Positions 63,941-64,000 of a stretch of DNA of 64,000 nt are shown here, in pieces. A program made the position numbers and the translations under genes. This stretch comes from an uncultured Planctomycetota bacterium (GTDB lineage Bacteria; Planctomycetota; Planctomycetia; Isosphaerales; Isosphaeraceae). The notes beneath the pieces were generated by a model. That model was not told the DNA's origin. It searched no databases and saw nothing but the letters and a program-made list of their open reading frames with translations. The stretch spans positions 64,001-128,000 of the forward strand of contig CAWJTV010000009.1 in the NCBI GenBank assembly GCA_963845755.1, written 5' to 3'. Each line of letters opens with the position of its first letter. Position 1 is the first letter of the stretch.

Positions 63941-64000
63941 CCCTAACGCGGCCTTCGGCCGCAACCCCATCGGGATTCCCGATTCGCGATTCCCGATTCC
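63941..64000. repeat. Inverted copy of the 43548-43790 heptamer/REP element (truncated by window end)
   Basis: CCCTAACGCGGCCTTCGGCCGCAACCCCATCGGGATTCCCGATTCGCGATT is the near reverse complement of 43610-43660. Confidence 0.8.

Noticed and set aside
1..64000. tRNA, rRNA, integrase or prophage genes
   Set aside because: None recognised on either strand.

Overview
GC-rich bacterial chromosome segment. Its gene content (DUF1559 prepilin-like genes, DUF1501/DUF1800, an ECF sigma-Ser/Thr kinase pair, a 'LEGLEDRVLLA' extracellular protein, PEP-CTERM, ASPIC/UnbV) points to Planctomycetota, probably Isosphaeraceae (inference). About 35 protein-coding genes are supported. About 19 single-site frameshifts interrupt 14 otherwise intact genes, most likely long-read assembly errors, so several calls join ORF-track fragments. 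No rRNA, tRNA or CRISPR array was seen. Main points of interest: (1) a cell-surface gene cluster at 41.1-57.9 kb, with a smaller copy of its core at 1-3.0 kb. It combines DUF1559 pilin-like proteins, small lipoproteins, a membrane-anchored 7-heme cytochrome c, a TPR-like module found in four copies (one fused to an FG-GAP/ASPIC-UnbV domain), and three multi-TM 'sulfatases' with Thr instead of the formylglycine Cys/Ser. (2) A two-gene cassette encoding an ADP-ribosyltransferase-like protein (with an in-frame TGA) plus a ~50-aa partner, a candidate toxin-antitoxin/defence module. (3) A promoter-hairpin-terminator leader upstream of a large extracellular protein, a candidate riboswitch/attenuator. 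(4) Many REP/MITE-like repeats, some nested and one apparently inserted into a gene, plus IS3 and ISKra4 remnants.
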